From Vicinamibacterales bacterium (GTDB taxonomy: Bacteria > Acidobacteriota > Vicinamibacteria > Vicinamibacterales > 2-12-FULL-66-21): a stretch of 64,000 bases of DNA. The notes beneath the pieces are model-generated. The model saw only the letters and a list, made by a program, of their open reading frames with translations. It was not told the DNA's origin and searched no databases. Each line of letters starts with the position of its first letter. Within the stretch, counting starts at the first letter, position 1. The stretch spans positions 1,838 through 65,837 of the forward strand of contig DATLXP010000078.1 of the NCBI GenBank assembly GCA_035575695.1, read 5' to 3'. Position numbers and translations under genes: made by a program. Below are positions 36,796-47,600 of the stretch, in pieces.

Positions 36796-37833
36796 TTACC
36801 GAATGGGCCGCAGCTCACCCTTATACGTGACCGTCTCGCCCGGGTTCACCAGCACCTCGAAACCGACCGTCTGGTAACCGGCCGCGCGGATCTCAACGCG
36901 GTGCGCGCCCGCCTCAATCGGCATCCGCTGAAAGGCACCATCGAAACTGTCGACCTCGCCGACATAGTACCCATCCACGTAGACCTGACCGAAGTCCGGC
37001 TTCACCTTCAAGCGCAGCTGACCGACACGCCGCTCGCGCCCGTATCGTCCGGCGTCTCGGTAGCCGCCGTAGCCACCCGAGCCATACCCATAGTCGGAGT
37101 CATACGGTGAGTAGTAGCCGTAACTGAATGGATCGTAAAAATATCCGAGCCCGAAACCGTACGCCGGGAACCACCGGCCATGGCCGTAGTTGGCATAGCC
37201 ATAGTTGCCATACCCGTAGCCGGAGTAGTAGCCGTAGCGGCTTCCGTAGCCGTTCCCATAGCCATAGTACGGATCGTAGTACGAGCCGCCGCTGTAGCCG
37301 CCGTTGTTGCCGCGGCTGGGCACGCCGCCGCGACGTTCGACGGCCGATCCCACAGGCTGCTGCCCGTCGCGGGGACGACTGTAGGCCGGGACCGCCCGGC
37401 GCTCTGCACCGCTGCGGCTGCCATCGGCCGACGGTACCCGGTCGGCACCGCGCGGGGCGTTCGACTGCTCGCCCCGGACCACGGCGCGATCGCGCGAACT
37501 GTCAGCCGAATTATTCTGGCCGCCTTGTTCGCCGCGGCTGCGGCGCTCCGGCGCGCGGGGCGCGCCGTACGAGGATCCGCCACCCGCCGGCATGCTCGAC
37601 GACGATGACCCGCCCGACGAGGCTGAGCCAGCCGATGAGCCGGAGTCGTTCGACGGACGCGACACGGCCGATCCGGTCGTGTCGCCGCTCGACGGTCGTG
37701 AGGCAGCCGATCCGTTGGAATCGGGCGTCGGTTTTGATTCGGGACGTTCCTTCGCCTGGCCGGCCCACGCGGGGCTGACGCTGACCGTCAGTGCCGCGGC
37801 GGCGGTCCAGAGTGTGAGTCTTCGTCGAGTCAT
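36796..37833 (-). CDS. Secreted PEGA-domain protein with long Ser/Gly/Arg-rich and Gly/Tyr-rich low-complexity regions
   Basis: ATG at 37833 gives the signal peptide MTRRRLTLWTAAAALTVSVSPAWA. The C-terminus (LRLKVKPDFGQVYVDGYYVG...HRVEIRAAGYQTVGFEVLVNPGETVTY) matches the PEGA fold. Confidence 0.7.
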   Translation of the reverse strand: MTRRRLTLWTAAAALTVSVSPAWAGQAKERPESKPTPDSNGSAASRPSSGDTTGSAVSRPSNDSGSSAGSASSGGSSSSSMPAGGGSSYGAPRAPERRSRGEQGGQNNSADSSRDRAVVRGEQSNAPRGADRVPSADGSRSGAERRAVPAYSRPRDGQQPVGSAVERRGGVPSRGNNGGYSGGSYYDPYYGYGNGYGSRYGYYSGYGYGNYGYANYGHGRWFPAYGFGLGYFYDPFSYGYYSPYDSDYGYGSGGYGGYRDAGRYGRERRVGQLRLKVKPDFGQVYVDGYYVGEVDSFDGAFQRMPIEAGAHRVEIRAAGYQTVGFEVLVNPGETVTYKGELRPIR

Positions 37834-37914
37834 GATTGCTCCTGGGGCGGTGCCCGGGCTGGCGCCGGGCTTCGATCCGCCTTTATGGTGGACTAAACCC
37901 GCACGTCCGTCAAA

Positions 37915-37930
37915 AGCAACAGGTCTGCCA
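37915..37930 (-). promoter_or_regulatory. Sigma-54 (-24/-12) promoter candidate: TGGCAGACCTGTTGCT
   Basis: The minus strand reads TGGCAG-N5-TTGCT with the exact GG-N10-GC spacing, about 80 nt upstream of the ATG at 37833. It lies inside the rejected long ORF extension. Confidence 0.5.
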
Positions 37931-38048
37931 CCGGCAGAGCTGTGGAACACGCCGAAAACACACAACGTGCCTCCTGGGATGTCCCTCAGCGAGTCCACCC
38001 CTGTCCCGCAACGCGGACACCCGCGCTTTGATAAACTCGGGTGCTTCG

Positions 38049-38576
38049 ATGATGCACGCCACGACAGTTCTAGCGGTCCGGCACCACGACCAGGCGGTCA
38101 TGGCGAGTGATGGACAGGTCACGCTGGGGACGACCGTCGTGAAGCACGCGGCGAAAAAGATCCGGCGCCTGTACAACGACCGCATCCTCGCCGGGTTCGC
38201 GGGGTCGGCGGCTGATTCTTTCGCGCTCTTCTCGCGATTCGAAGCCAAGCTCGAACAGTACCGGGGCAACCTGGAGCGCTCGGCGGTGGAGCTTGCAAAA
38301 GACTGGCGCACGGACCGCATGCTCCGCCGCCTCGAAGCCATGTTGATCGTGATGGACGGCAAGAGCACCTACCTGCTGTCGGGGACCGGCGATCTCATCG
38401 AACCCGACGACGGCATCATTGCGGTGGGATCGGGAGGTCCGTACGCGATGGCTGCCGCCAAGGCGCTCGCGGCGCACACCGAGCTCGATGCCCAGGCGAT
38501 CGCCAGGGAATCGATGATGATTGCCGGCAGGATCTGCATCTACACGAACGGAAACATCACGCTCGAGACGCTGTGA
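38049..38576 (+). CDS. hslV: ATP-dependent protease subunit HslV
   Basis: [11 protein letters not shown] (N-terminal Thr nucleophile), [10 protein letters not shown] and GSGGPYA motifs. Confidence 0.93.
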   Translation: MMHATTVLAVRHHDQAVMASDGQVTLGTTVVKHAAKKIRRLYNDRILAGFAGSAADSFALFSRFEAKLEQYRGNLERSAVELAKDWRTDRMLRRLEAMLIVMDGKSTYLLSGTGDLIEPDDGIIAVGSGGPYAMAAAKALAAHTELDAQAIARESMMIAGRICIYTNGNITLETL

Positions 38577-39964
38577 ACCGCATGGCCATTCCTCTCCCAG
38601 AAACCTCGGCGACCACCATCGAGGCCTTGACGCCACGGCAGATCGTCGCCGAACTCGACAAACACGTCGTCGGACAGGCGCAGGCGAAGCGCGCGGTGGC
38701 GATCGCCCTGCGAAACCGTGCGCGCCGGCAGAAGCTGCCCGCGGAACTCGCTGAAGAGATCGCGCCGAAAAACATCCTGATGATCGGCCCGACCGGCGTC
38801 GGCAAGACGGAGATCGCCCGGCGCCTGGCGAAGCTGGCCCAGTCTCCCTTCATCAAGGTCGAAGCGTCGAAGTTCACCGAGGTGGGGTACGTCGGGCGCG
38901 ATGTCGAGTCGATGGTGCGCGACCTGGTGGAGATCGCCGTCGGGATGGTCCGCGAGGAACGGCGGGCTGAGGTCCACCACAAGGCGCGCGAAACGGCTGA
39001 AGAGCGGGTGCTCGACCTGCTGCTGCCGCCTCTTCCCGCGGCGAGTGAATACGACGAGCAGTCGACGTCCGTCCGCGAGCAGGCGCAACGCACGCGCGAG
39101 AAACTGCGGGATCAGCTGCGCGCCGGCCGTCTCGATCACAAGCACCTCGAGATCGACGTCCGCGAGAAGTCGTTCCCGTCGTTCGAGATCGTGGCGGGTT
39201 CATCGGTCGAGGAAGTCGACATCAACATGAAGGACATGATGGGCGGTCTCTTCGCGGGACGGACGAAGAAGCGCCGGCTGCGCGTGCCGGACGCGCTCGA
39301 CGCGCTCGCGCAGGAGGAGGAACAGAAGTTGATCGACATGGACTCGGTTGCGCGCGCCGCAGTCGACCGCGTCCAGCAGGCGGGGATCATCTTCATCGAC
39401 GAGATCGACAAGGTCGCCGGCCGCGAGGGCGGACACGGGCCAGACGTGAGCCGCGAAGGGGTACAGCGCGACATCCTCCCGATTGTCGAGGGCACGACGG
39501 TCAATACGAAGTACGGGATGGTGAAGACCGACCACGTGCTCTTCGTGGCCGCCGGGGCCTTTCACGTGTCGAAGCCGTCCGACCTGATTCCTGAGCTGCA
39601 GGGGCGCTTTCCGATCCGGGTAGAGCTCGAAGCGCTCGTGCGAGCAGACTTCGTGCGCATCCTGACGGAACCGAAGAATGCGCTCGTCAAGCAGTACACC
39701 GCACTCCTCTCGACGGAGGGTGTGACATTGCGGTTCACCCCCGGCGCGATCGATCGGATTGCCGACTTCGCGACGCTCGTGAATGACCGCACGGAGAACA
39801 TCGGCGCGCGGCGGCTCCACACCGTCATGGAAAAACTCCTCGACGAAGTCTCGTTCGAGGCGCCGGACCTCGACCAGAAGCACCTGACGATCGACGAGGC
39901 ATATGTCGACAGGATGCTGGCGGAGATTGCCGGCAACGAAGATCTGTCGAGGTACATTCTTTGA
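38573..39964 (+). CDS. hslU: ATP-dependent protease ATPase subunit HslU
   Basis: [17 protein letters not shown], Walker [26 protein letters not shown]-terminal LSRYIL. Confidence 0.96.
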   Translation: MNRMAIPLPETSATTIEALTPRQIVAELDKHVVGQAQAKRAVAIALRNRARRQKLPAELAEEIAPKNILMIGPTGVGKTEIARRLAKLAQSPFIKVEASKFTEVGYVGRDVESMVRDLVEIAVGMVREERRAEVHHKARETAEERVLDLLLPPLPAASEYDEQSTSVREQAQRTREKLRDQLRAGRLDHKHLEIDVREKSFPSFEIVAGSSVEEVDINMKDMMGGLFAGRTKKRRLRVPDALDALAQEEEQKLIDMDSVARAAVDRVQQAGIIFIDEIDKVAGREGGHGPDVSREGVQRDILPIVEGTTVNTKYGMVKTDHVLFVAAGAFHVSKPSDLIPELQGRFPIRVELEALVRADFVRILTEPKNALVKQYTALLSTEGVTLRFTPGAIDRIADFATLVNDRTENIGARRLHTVMEKLLDEVSFEAPDLDQKHLTIDEAYVDRMLAEIAGNEDLSRYIL

Positions 39965-40078
39965 GGATCGACTCATCGACTCATCGACTTATCGATTCAT
40001 CGGGTCATCGACTCATCGACTCATCGATGCATCGACTCATCGACGCATCGACCTGTCGGCTGATCGGGCTATCGGTGA
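39965..40078. repeat. 8-bp tandem repeat array, about 14 units (consensus CGACTCAT / TCATCGAC)
   Basis: ATCG recurs every 8 nt from 39967 to 40071, with one degenerate unit at 40055. The array starts 3 nt after the hslU stop and runs through the candidate ATG (40027) of the next gene. Confidence 0.9.
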
Positions 40079-41286
40079 TGTGCGGAGTGCTGTCGGGCGC
40101 ATGCGGCAAGGTCGGCCCCCCCCTGGCGCCGCTGCGCCTCATGCCGGCGGCGGTGACCGATGTCGTGGCCCGGCGCGCGGGTAACGAGGTGCGCTTCACC
40201 TTCGTGCTCCCGGTCCGAAACGAGAACGGGCCGGGACCGATCGATCTGGGCCGGGTCGAAGTCTACGCCGGCACGGTGGCGGCCGGCGCCGTCAATCCGC
40301 CCAACAGAGAGCTGTTCGTGCCCGGCAATCTCATTGCCACGATCGACGTGAAGCAGCCGGTCCCTGAGGGCACGTCCGAGCTGCCTGCGCGGCCAAACGA
40401 TATTCGGCCATCAGCCGGCGAGACGACGACCTTTGTCGAGGAGTTGAACGCGGCGAAACTCACGCCGGTGTTCACGACCGTCGCGCCACCGGTGCTGCAG
40501 GCGCCGGTCATCGCCACGACGGCCACGACGGCCACGACAGCCACCGTCGTGCCGACGACTCCGGTGGAGCCGCCGCTCCCACCATTGGCGACGAGGATCT
40601 ACGGCATCAGAGGCGCGACCCGTGGTGGACGCCCAGGGTCCCCTGCCGCGCGGATCACGATCCCGCTCGTGGATCCGCCCCCCGCGCCGACAGGCGTCAT
40701 CGCGCGCGTGACGGAGACCGGCATCGTCTTGTCATGGACGCCACCCGCGGGTGCGATCGTGCCGGGTGCGACACTGCCGACGGCGTCACCGGTGGGCTTC
40801 AACGTGTATCGGTCTCTGGATCGCGAGGACCCGGCGCCGCTGAATGCTGCGCCCATCGTCGCGGCGCCATTCGAGCGCGTTGGCGTCACGTTCGGACAGG
40901 AGGAATGCTTCGTCGTGCGTTCCGTGATGATGGCGCGCGGCGCGACGATCGAGAGCGCGCCCTCCGAACGCGTGTGCACGACACCAGCCGATACCTTCGC
41001 GCCTGCCGAGCCGAAGAGCCTTCAGGCCGTGGCGTCCACGGGCGCGATCAGCCTGATCTGGGACGCCAATACCGACAGCGATCTGGGGGGATACCTGGTG
41101 TTGCGCGGGGTGGCTCCCGGTGACACACTTCAAGCGCTCACGCCAGCGCCTATCCGTGACACGACCTTCCGCGATACGACGACGAAGCCCGGCGTCCGCT
41201 ACGTCTACGCGATCGTCGCGGTGGACCGCGCCACGCCGCCAAATGTGAGCGGCCAGTCGAACCGCGCTGAAGAGACCGCCAGATGA
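40027..41286 (+). CDS. Lipoprotein with fibronectin-type-III-like domains
   Basis: ATG at 40027 yields a plausible signal peptide with lipobox (LIGLSVMCGVLSGAC). FN3-like segments (IVLSWTPP...GFNVYRS; ISLIWDAN...GGYLVLRG...YVYAIVAVD). The start is uncertain because of the repeat array. Confidence 0.65.
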   Translation: MHRLIDASTCRLIGLSVMCGVLSGACGKVGPPLAPLRLMPAAVTDVVARRAGNEVRFTFVLPVRNENGPGPIDLGRVEVYAGTVAAGAVNPPNRELFVPGNLIATIDVKQPVPEGTSELPARPNDIRPSAGETTTFVEELNAAKLTPVFTTVAPPVLQAPVIATTATTATTATVVPTTPVEPPLPPLATRIYGIRGATRGGRPGSPAARITIPLVDPPPAPTGVIARVTETGIVLSWTPPAGAIVPGATLPTASPVGFNVYRSLDREDPAPLNAAPIVAAPFERVGVTFGQEECFVVRSVMMARGATIESAPSERVCTTPADTFAPAEPKSLQAVASTGAISLIWDANTDSDLGGYLVLRGVAPGDTLQALTPAPIRDTTFRDTTTKPGVRYVYAIVAVDRATPPNVSGQSNRAEETAR

Positions 41287-42044
41287 AACGATTCTTTCGT
41301 ATCGATCACAAGGGGAACGCCCGGCACGCCGTGGAGGAGGCCGGTCAGTGGACGCTCATCGAGGGGGATATCTTCGGTGAATTCAGCGCCGGCGACCGTC
41401 TCGAACCGACCGGTCATCGGCTGCTTGCGCCGGTGCTACCGTCGAAGATAGTCTGCGTTGGCCTCAACTACAGGGACCACGCCGCGGAAGTGAACAAGCC
41501 GCTGCCGGTCGAACCGCTCATCTTCATCAAGCCCTCAACGTGCGTCATCGGCCCTGACGAGTCGATCGTGCTGCCGGAAGGCGCCGGGCGCATCGACCAC
41601 GAAGCGGAAGCTGGCGTGGTCATCGGGCGGCGGGCGTCGCACGTGCGCGAAGAGGACGCGCAGGATTACATCTTCGGGCTCATCTGCGTGAACGACGTCA
41701 CGGCCCGCGCCCTGCAGGAAAAAGGTGTGGGCTACACCTGGGCCAAGGGCTTCGATACATTTGCGCCCATCGGTCCCTGCATCGCCCAGGGTCTCGACTA
41801 CACGGCGCCGGACGGTCTGACGGTCGAGGGACTCGTCAACGGTGTGGTCCGGCAGTCATCCTCCACGCGGCAGCTGATCTTCCCGATCCCGCGGCTGATC
41901 GCCGTCATCTCGTCCATCATGACGCTCCTGCCGGGGGACATCATCTCCACCGGCACACCGTCCGGCATCGGCCCGTTGACCGCGGGGGACCGCGTCACCA
42001 TCAGGGTGCAGGGGGTCGGCGAGCTCACGAATCCGGTAGAGTAG
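41283..42044 (+). CDS. Fumarylacetoacetate hydrolase (FAH) family protein
   Basis: KIVCVGLNYRDHAAE, DHEAEAGVVIG, KGFDTFAPIGP and GDIISTGTPSGIG motifs. Confidence 0.88.
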   Translation: MKRFFRIDHKGNARHAVEEAGQWTLIEGDIFGEFSAGDRLEPTGHRLLAPVLPSKIVCVGLNYRDHAAEVNKPLPVEPLIFIKPSTCVIGPDESIVLPEGAGRIDHEAEAGVVIGRRASHVREEDAQDYIFGLICVNDVTARALQEKGVGYTWAKGFDTFAPIGPCIAQGLDYTAPDGLTVEGLVNGVVRQSSSTRQLIFPIPRLIAVISSIMTLLPGDIISTGTPSGIGPLTAGDRVTIRVQGVGELTNPVE

Positions 42045-42117
42045 GCCCGACGAGAGTAGGCCCGACTTCAGGTCGGGCGCCACAGCCCGAATAGTAGGCC
42101 CGACCTTCAGGTCGGGC
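42041..42117. repeat. REP-like hairpin cluster (one partial and two full GTAGGCCCGAC copies)
   Basis: The partial copy at 42041-42051 contains the FAH gene TAG stop (42042-42044). Full copies at 42056-42078 and 42094-42117. Confidence 0.8.
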
Positions 42118-42150
42118 GCACAGCCTCAGCAACAACGCAGAACAGCCACC

Positions 42151-42804
42151 ATGAAAATTTTCATCGACAGCGGCAACCTCAAGGAAATCGAAAGCCTCGT
42201 CCCGCTCGGGATCATCGACGGCATCACGACGAACCCGTCATTGCTCGCAAAGGAGCCCGGCGACTACCGCGAGCTGCTGAAGCGGATCTGCCAGATCGTG
42301 AAGGGCCCGACGAGCGCAGAAGTCGTGGCGACCGACGCCGAGGGCATGATCCGCGAAGGGCGCGACCTTGCCACGATCGACGAGCACATCGTCGTCAAAG
42401 TCCCGTTCACCCGTGAAGGCGTGAAGGCGTGCAAGGCCCTGTCGGAGGAAGGGAAGCGCGTGAACGTGACGCTGATCTTCTCTCCGACGCAGGCGCTGCT
42501 GGCCGCCAAGGTCGGTGCCGCGTACGTCAGCCCGTTTGTCGGCCGGCTCGATGACATCGCAACGTCGGGGATGGGGATGGTTTCGGAGATCGTCGAGATC
42601 TTCGACAACTACCAGTTCCCGACGGAGGTGCTCGTCGCCTCCACACGCGGTCCGATGCACATCGTCGAAGCGGCGCGCATGGGAGCTGATATCTGCACGT
42701 GCCCGGCGTCGGTGATCGAGGCGATGTTCAAGCACCCGTTGACCGACATCGGCCTCGAAAAGTTCCTGAAGGACTGGGAGAAGGCCCAGGCAGCAAAGGC
42801 GTAG
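42151..42804 (+). CDS. tal: Transaldolase / fructose-6-phosphate aldolase (short type)
   Basis: MKIFIDSGNLKEI...GITTNPSL, VVKVP and the active-site region SPFVGRLDD. Confidence 0.93.
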   Translation: MKIFIDSGNLKEIESLVPLGIIDGITTNPSLLAKEPGDYRELLKRICQIVKGPTSAEVVATDAEGMIREGRDLATIDEHIVVKVPFTREGVKACKALSEEGKRVNVTLIFSPTQALLAAKVGAAYVSPFVGRLDDIATSGMGMVSEIVEIFDNYQFPTEVLVASTRGPMHIVEAARMGADICTCPASVIEAMFKHPLTDIGLEKFLKDWEKAQAAKA

Positions 42805-42917
42805 GCCAGTAAACCCAGGTGTAGGCCCGACATTGCGACATTGAAGGTGTAGGCCCGACGTTCATGCCGGGCGTCTGACTTAAGGTGTAGGCCCGACATT
42901 CATGTCGGGCGTCTGAC
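42801..42917. repeat. REP-like hairpin cluster (TTCAT-loop variants)
   Basis: GTAGGCC at 42801-42807 contains the tal TAG stop (42802-42804). A partial copy starts at 42821. GTAGGCCCGACGTTCATGCCGGGCGTCTGAC at 42849-42879 and GTAGGCCCGACATTCATGTCGGGCGTCTGAC at 42887-42917. Confidence 0.8.
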
Positions 42918-42918
42918 G

Positions 42919-44460
42919 ATGAACACACTCAAGTATCTCGAAGACCTCGAACGCCGCGCGGAACTCGGCGGGGGCGAGGACCGCCTCCAGAAGCAGCACG
43001 ACGCCGGCAAGCTGACCGCGCGCGAGCGGATCGACCTGCTGTTCGATCCCGCGACGTTCCAGGAAGTCGACAAGCTGGTCACGCATCGCTGCCGCGACTT
43101 CGGGATGGAGGAGCAGATCGTGCCCGGAGACGGCGTCGTCGCCGGGCAGGGGCGCGTCGACGGCCGTCCGGTCTTCGCGTTCGCGCAGGACTTCACCGTG
43201 TTCGGCGGATCGCTGTCGGAGACCAACGCGGCGAAGATCGTGAAGCTCATGGATCTCGCCCTCAAGATGGGTGCGCCCATGGTCGGCCTCAATGATTCGG
43301 GCGGGGCCAGGATCCAGGAAGGGGTGATGTCGCTCGGCGGCTACGCCGACATCTTCCTGCGCAACACGCTGTCGTCCGGAGTCATTCCGCAGATCTCGGC
43401 CATCATGGGGCCCTGCGCGGGGGGCGCGGTCTACTCCCCCGCGATCACCGACTTCAACATCATGGTCGAGGGCACGAGCTACATGTTCGTGACGGGACCC
43501 GAGGTGCTCAAGACGGTGACGCACGAGGAAGTCACGAAAGAGGAGCTCGGTGGCGCGCGGACGCACAACGAGATCAGCGGCGTCGCGCACTTCGCCGTGC
43601 CGGACGACCGCGAGTGTCTGCGCCTGGTCCGGGAGCTGCTCGGTTATCTCCCGGGCAACAATGTGGACGACGCCCCGCGGCGCGAGACGTCGGATCCAGT
43701 CGACCGGGAAGACGATGCGCTCGACAGGCTCATTCCCGAGTCTCCGAACCAGCCGTACGATATGCACGACCTCGTGCATTCGATTGCGGACGATGGGGGG
43801 TTTCTCGAGGTGCATCGGCACTTCGCGAAGAACATCATCGTGGGGTTCGCGCGCCTCGGCGGACGAAGTGTGGGGATCGTGGCGAACCAGCCCGCGCACC
43901 TCGCGGGGACGCTCGACATCGATGCGTCGGTGAAGGCGGCCCGGTTCGTGCGGTTCTGCGACGCGTTCAACATTCCGCTCGTGACGTTCGAAGACGTCCC
44001 GGGCTTTCTCCCGGGGACGCGCCAGGAGTACGGCGGCATCATCCGCCATGGCGCGAAGCTGCTGTATGCCTACGCGGAGGCGACCGTGCCGAAGCTGACC
44101 GTGATCACGCGCAAGGCGTACGGCGGGGCCTACTGCGTGATGTCGAGCAAGCACATCCGGACCGACGTCAACTTTGCGTGGCCGTCGGCCGAGATCGCAG
44201 TCATGGGTCCCGAGGGGGCAGTGAACATCCTCTACAAGCGCGAGATCGATGCGGCGGAAGACAAGGATGCCGCGCGTGCGAAGCGTGTGGACGAGTTCAA
44301 GGAGAAGTTTGCGAATCCGTACGTCGCGGCCTCGCGTGGGTTCGTGGACGAAGTGATCCGTCCGAGACAGACGCGTGCGAAGCTGATCGCGGCGCTGGCC
44401 GGACTCGAAACCAAGCGGGACAGGAACCCCCCGAAGAAGCACGGAAACATTCCGCTGTAG
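42919..44460 (+). CDS. Acyl-CoA carboxylase carboxyltransferase subunit (propionyl-CoA carboxylase beta / methylmalonyl-CoA carboxyltransferase 12S-like)
   Basis: 513 aa. [31 protein letters not shown] and [12 protein letters not shown] motifs of the carboxyl transferase family. Confidence 0.93.
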   Translation: MNTLKYLEDLERRAELGGGEDRLQKQHDAGKLTARERIDLLFDPATFQEVDKLVTHRCRDFGMEEQIVPGDGVVAGQGRVDGRPVFAFAQDFTVFGGSLSETNAAKIVKLMDLALKMGAPMVGLNDSGGARIQEGVMSLGGYADIFLRNTLSSGVIPQISAIMGPCAGGAVYSPAITDFNIMVEGTSYMFVTGPEVLKTVTHEEVTKEELGGARTHNEISGVAHFAVPDDRECLRLVRELLGYLPGNNVDDAPRRETSDPVDREDDALDRLIPESPNQPYDMHDLVHSIADDGGFLEVHRHFAKNIIVGFARLGGRSVGIVANQPAHLAGTLDIDASVKAARFVRFCDAFNIPLVTFEDVPGFLPGTRQEYGGIIRHGAKLLYAYAEATVPKLTVITRKAYGGAYCVMSSKHIRTDVNFAWPSAEIAVMGPEGAVNILYKREIDAAEDKDAARAKRVDEFKEKFANPYVAASRGFVDEVIRPRQTRAKLIAALAGLETKRDRNPPKKHGNIPL

Positions 44461-44682
44461 GCCATCACGGCCTCGATCCTCCCACCTCCCAAAACTTACG
44501 CATACCGTACCGAAATAACACAGTTGCTCATGAGATGAATTCGTATCGGCAATTATCGCTACCGCTTGGTAGTAATGGAATTACTGCGTTCTGGTCGTAA
44601 CGCTACCAAACGGTACGGCCTGTGCGTCCACCCGGCCGCTGCCGCTGAGCTCCCCTCACGGCGGGTTTTCTGGGAGGATGAA

Positions 44683-47600
44683 TTGAATACGCCGAGCTGC
44701 CGCCGTCGGGCGGTTTTGATCCACGCCATGGTCGCCGTCACCTTCGCCGGCCTCCTGCAGGCCTCCACCCCTAGTTCAGGAACGATCGCCACCCCCTCCG
44801 ACGAAAGCCTCGGACCCAAGCAGACCCTGACCTTCACCTCCGGACCATTTGTCGCCGGCACCCTCGCGGGTACGCAGGTCAAAGACACGGTCGCGATCTG
44901 CACGCAGGCGGTCACACCGCCCGGGGTCTGTGACGTTTTTGCGGTGAACTTCAACCTCCCCGACGGCTACTGGGGCACACGACGCGGTACACTTTCGGCG
45001 ACGGTCAAATGGGCCGATGCTCCTGACGGCAACGACATGGATCTCTATATCGTCGACGAGCAGGGGAAGATCGTCGCGAGCAGCACGACCTCCAACACGC
45101 AGTCGGCCAGCGAAACAGCGTCCTTCACCAATCCCGGGACGGGCCCCCGCACCTACCGCGTCGTCGTGGTGAACTGGCTGTCGCCGGTGCCGATCAACAG
45201 CGCGGCGGGCACTGTGACCTTCAGCCTCGTCGCCCCCCCGACGGCCCTGCCGCCGGAACCGACACAGCCCTCCTATGCGCCGCGATTCTTCAACTACAAG
45301 CCGCCGAGCGGCCTGGGCGAGACGGCGGGTGAACCGACCCTCGGCGTGAACTTCAAGAGCGGCAACGTCATGTTCATCGCGCTCCTGGAAACGCTGCGCG
45401 CGAGCTTCGACGACAGCTCGTCTCCGGCGAAGGCGCAGTGGTTCAACCGGAGCTTCATCACCACCGGGACGCGCACGAACGACCCCATCCTCTTTACGGA
45501 CTCGTCAACAGGGCGGACGCTCGTCTCGCAGCTGATTTTCCCGACCAAGCAGAGCCTGTCCGCGTTTACCGACGACGATGGCGAGAGCTGGGAGATCAGC
45601 CAGGGATCCGGGATCAATTCCGGTGTGGACCATCAGACGATTGGCGGCGGCAGGTTTGGCGCCGGGCTCGGCTCGATAGATCCGGACTACCCGAACGCCG
45701 TCTACTATGCGGCCCAGGACATTGCGGTTGCGGAGTTCGCGACCAGCCTGGACGGCGGGCGCACCTACGGCCCGGCCGTCCCGATGTACGCCCTGACCGA
45801 TTGCGCCGGCCTGCACGGCCACATCAAGGTGTCGCCGGCCGACGGCGCCGCGTATATTCCGCTCGGCAGCTGCGTCGCGAAGGGGATCGGCCAGCAAGCC
45901 GTCGCCTTCTCCGCCGATAGCGGCATCACGTGGTCCATTCGCCGCGTGAACGGCACGAAGGCCAGCACGTGGGACCCGGCCGTCGGGGTGGGAAAGGCCG
46001 GCACGGTCTACTTCGGATACGGTGACAACGGCGACAGGATTCCGCGGGTCGCCGTGTCGAGAGACAAGGGGCAGACGTGGACGATCGGTCCCGACCTCGG
46101 AGCGGCCCACGGCATCAAACGCATCGCCTTCCCGGCGATGGTCGCAGGCGACGACGACCGCGCCGCCTATACGTTCCTCGGCACGCGCAATGAGGGAGAA
46201 GCCCTCGGCAGCGGATCCGGTTTCGAGGGCACCTGGCAGCTTTACGTCTCGACGACCTACGACGGCGGCGCCACGTGGGTGACCGTCAATGCCACCGGCG
46301 ACGACCCGGTCCAGCGCGGCAACATCTGCGATGCCGGCTTCAGCTGCCCGTCAACGCCAGACACCCGTAATCTTGTGGACTTCATGGACGCCCAGATCGA
46401 CGCCCGGGGCCGGATCCTCGCCGGTTATGCCGATGGCTGCGTGAGCGCGGGCTGCATCAGCGGAGCGGACAAGAACCGGGACGGCTTCCTGGACGCGCGG
46501 GACAACGACGCCACCGACAAGGCCGCCATCGCGCGGCAGTCGGGCGGGCTGGGGCTCCTCGCGGCATTCGACGCCCCCGCGGTGGCCGCTCCCGCGGCGC
46601 CGCAGCTCACGGCCGCCCTGCAGGGGCAGGCGGCCTATCTGTCATGGTCGACGCCCGACGACGGCGGATCGCCGATCACGGGATATCGCGTGTATCGCAA
46701 CGACGCGGCGGTAGCCAGCGTCGGCGCCGGCGTCAACACGTATACCGATGGCAGCAGCAGCGCGACCACCGGTTACCGGGTCAGCGCGATCAACGCCGCG
46801 GGTGAAGGCGCGAGGTCCGCCGCGGTCTTCCCGACCGTGCCCGCGAGCGGCTGCTCGCTGCCGGGCATGCTCGTGGCTGAAGATACGATCGACAACCTGC
46901 CGAACAAGCCGCTGCAGCCGGCAGTCGACGTGAAGACGACCCACGTGGCCGAGCCCTACGGCGACGGCACCGGCAGGCTGCACTTCACGGTTGCGACGGG
47001 CGGCGGAGCACTGCCCCCGAACAGCCAGTGGTACGTCATCTGGCAGCGGACGACGCCTGACACCACGCACGATCGCAATTACGTGGCGATGCGGTCGAAT
47101 GTGCTGGGGGCCCTGAGCTTCGAGCACGGCCGCGTCAGCTATCCGGTCTCGACGTCGGGCCCGGCACCCAACCAGGGCAACGTCCCGACGCGGTTCGGCG
47201 CCGCCACGGGAAGCTACGATGGGGCGACGGGGGCTATCCGGATCACGGTGCCGACCGCCAGCGTCGACAACGTGTCGGCGGGGGCCTCGCTCCTTGGCAT
47301 CGAGGTACGGACGTTCCTCGGGCGCAACGACAGCCTGCCGATCAGCCAGAGCGTCTCGTCGGACTTCTCACCGGCGGGCAGTTACACGATGGTCGGCAAC
47401 GCATCCTGCCAGCTCGCCCCCGAGGCGCCGACGGCCCTCACGGCCACCGCGACCAGCGGCAAGCGGACCGTCCAGCTCGCGTGGGCCGACAATTCGTCCA
47501 ACGAGACGGCGTTCATCATCGAGCGGTCGGCGTCGTTGAGCGACAGCTTCGTCGAGCTGGCCACGGTCGGCGCGAACGTGACGACCTACACCGATGCCAC

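Noticed and set aside
36796-37998. Longer N-terminal extensions of several ORFs: 36796-37998, 14510-15211, 17156-17572, 18460-19086, 1752-2405
   Set aside because: The extensions overlap neighbouring genes, promoter candidates or repeat hairpins and lack signal or domain features. Internal starts give canonical N-termini (signal peptides, the L21 and RsfS starts).
39961-40078. HRLIDSS-type peptide repeats at the start of ORF 39961-41286 as a genuine protein repeat domain
   Set aside because: The periodicity is 8 nt at the DNA level, so the 8-residue peptide period is only a by-product of 24 = 3 x 8. The same unit occurs non-coding at 11874-11930. The TTG at 39961 overlaps the hslU stop and is unlikely to be the true start.
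42142-42153. ACAGCCACCATG at the tal start codon as a functional copy of the GGGGACAGCCACC element
   Set aside because: Only an 11-nt core match, without the GGGG part or an inverted partner. It may be a relic or chance, and is too short to call.
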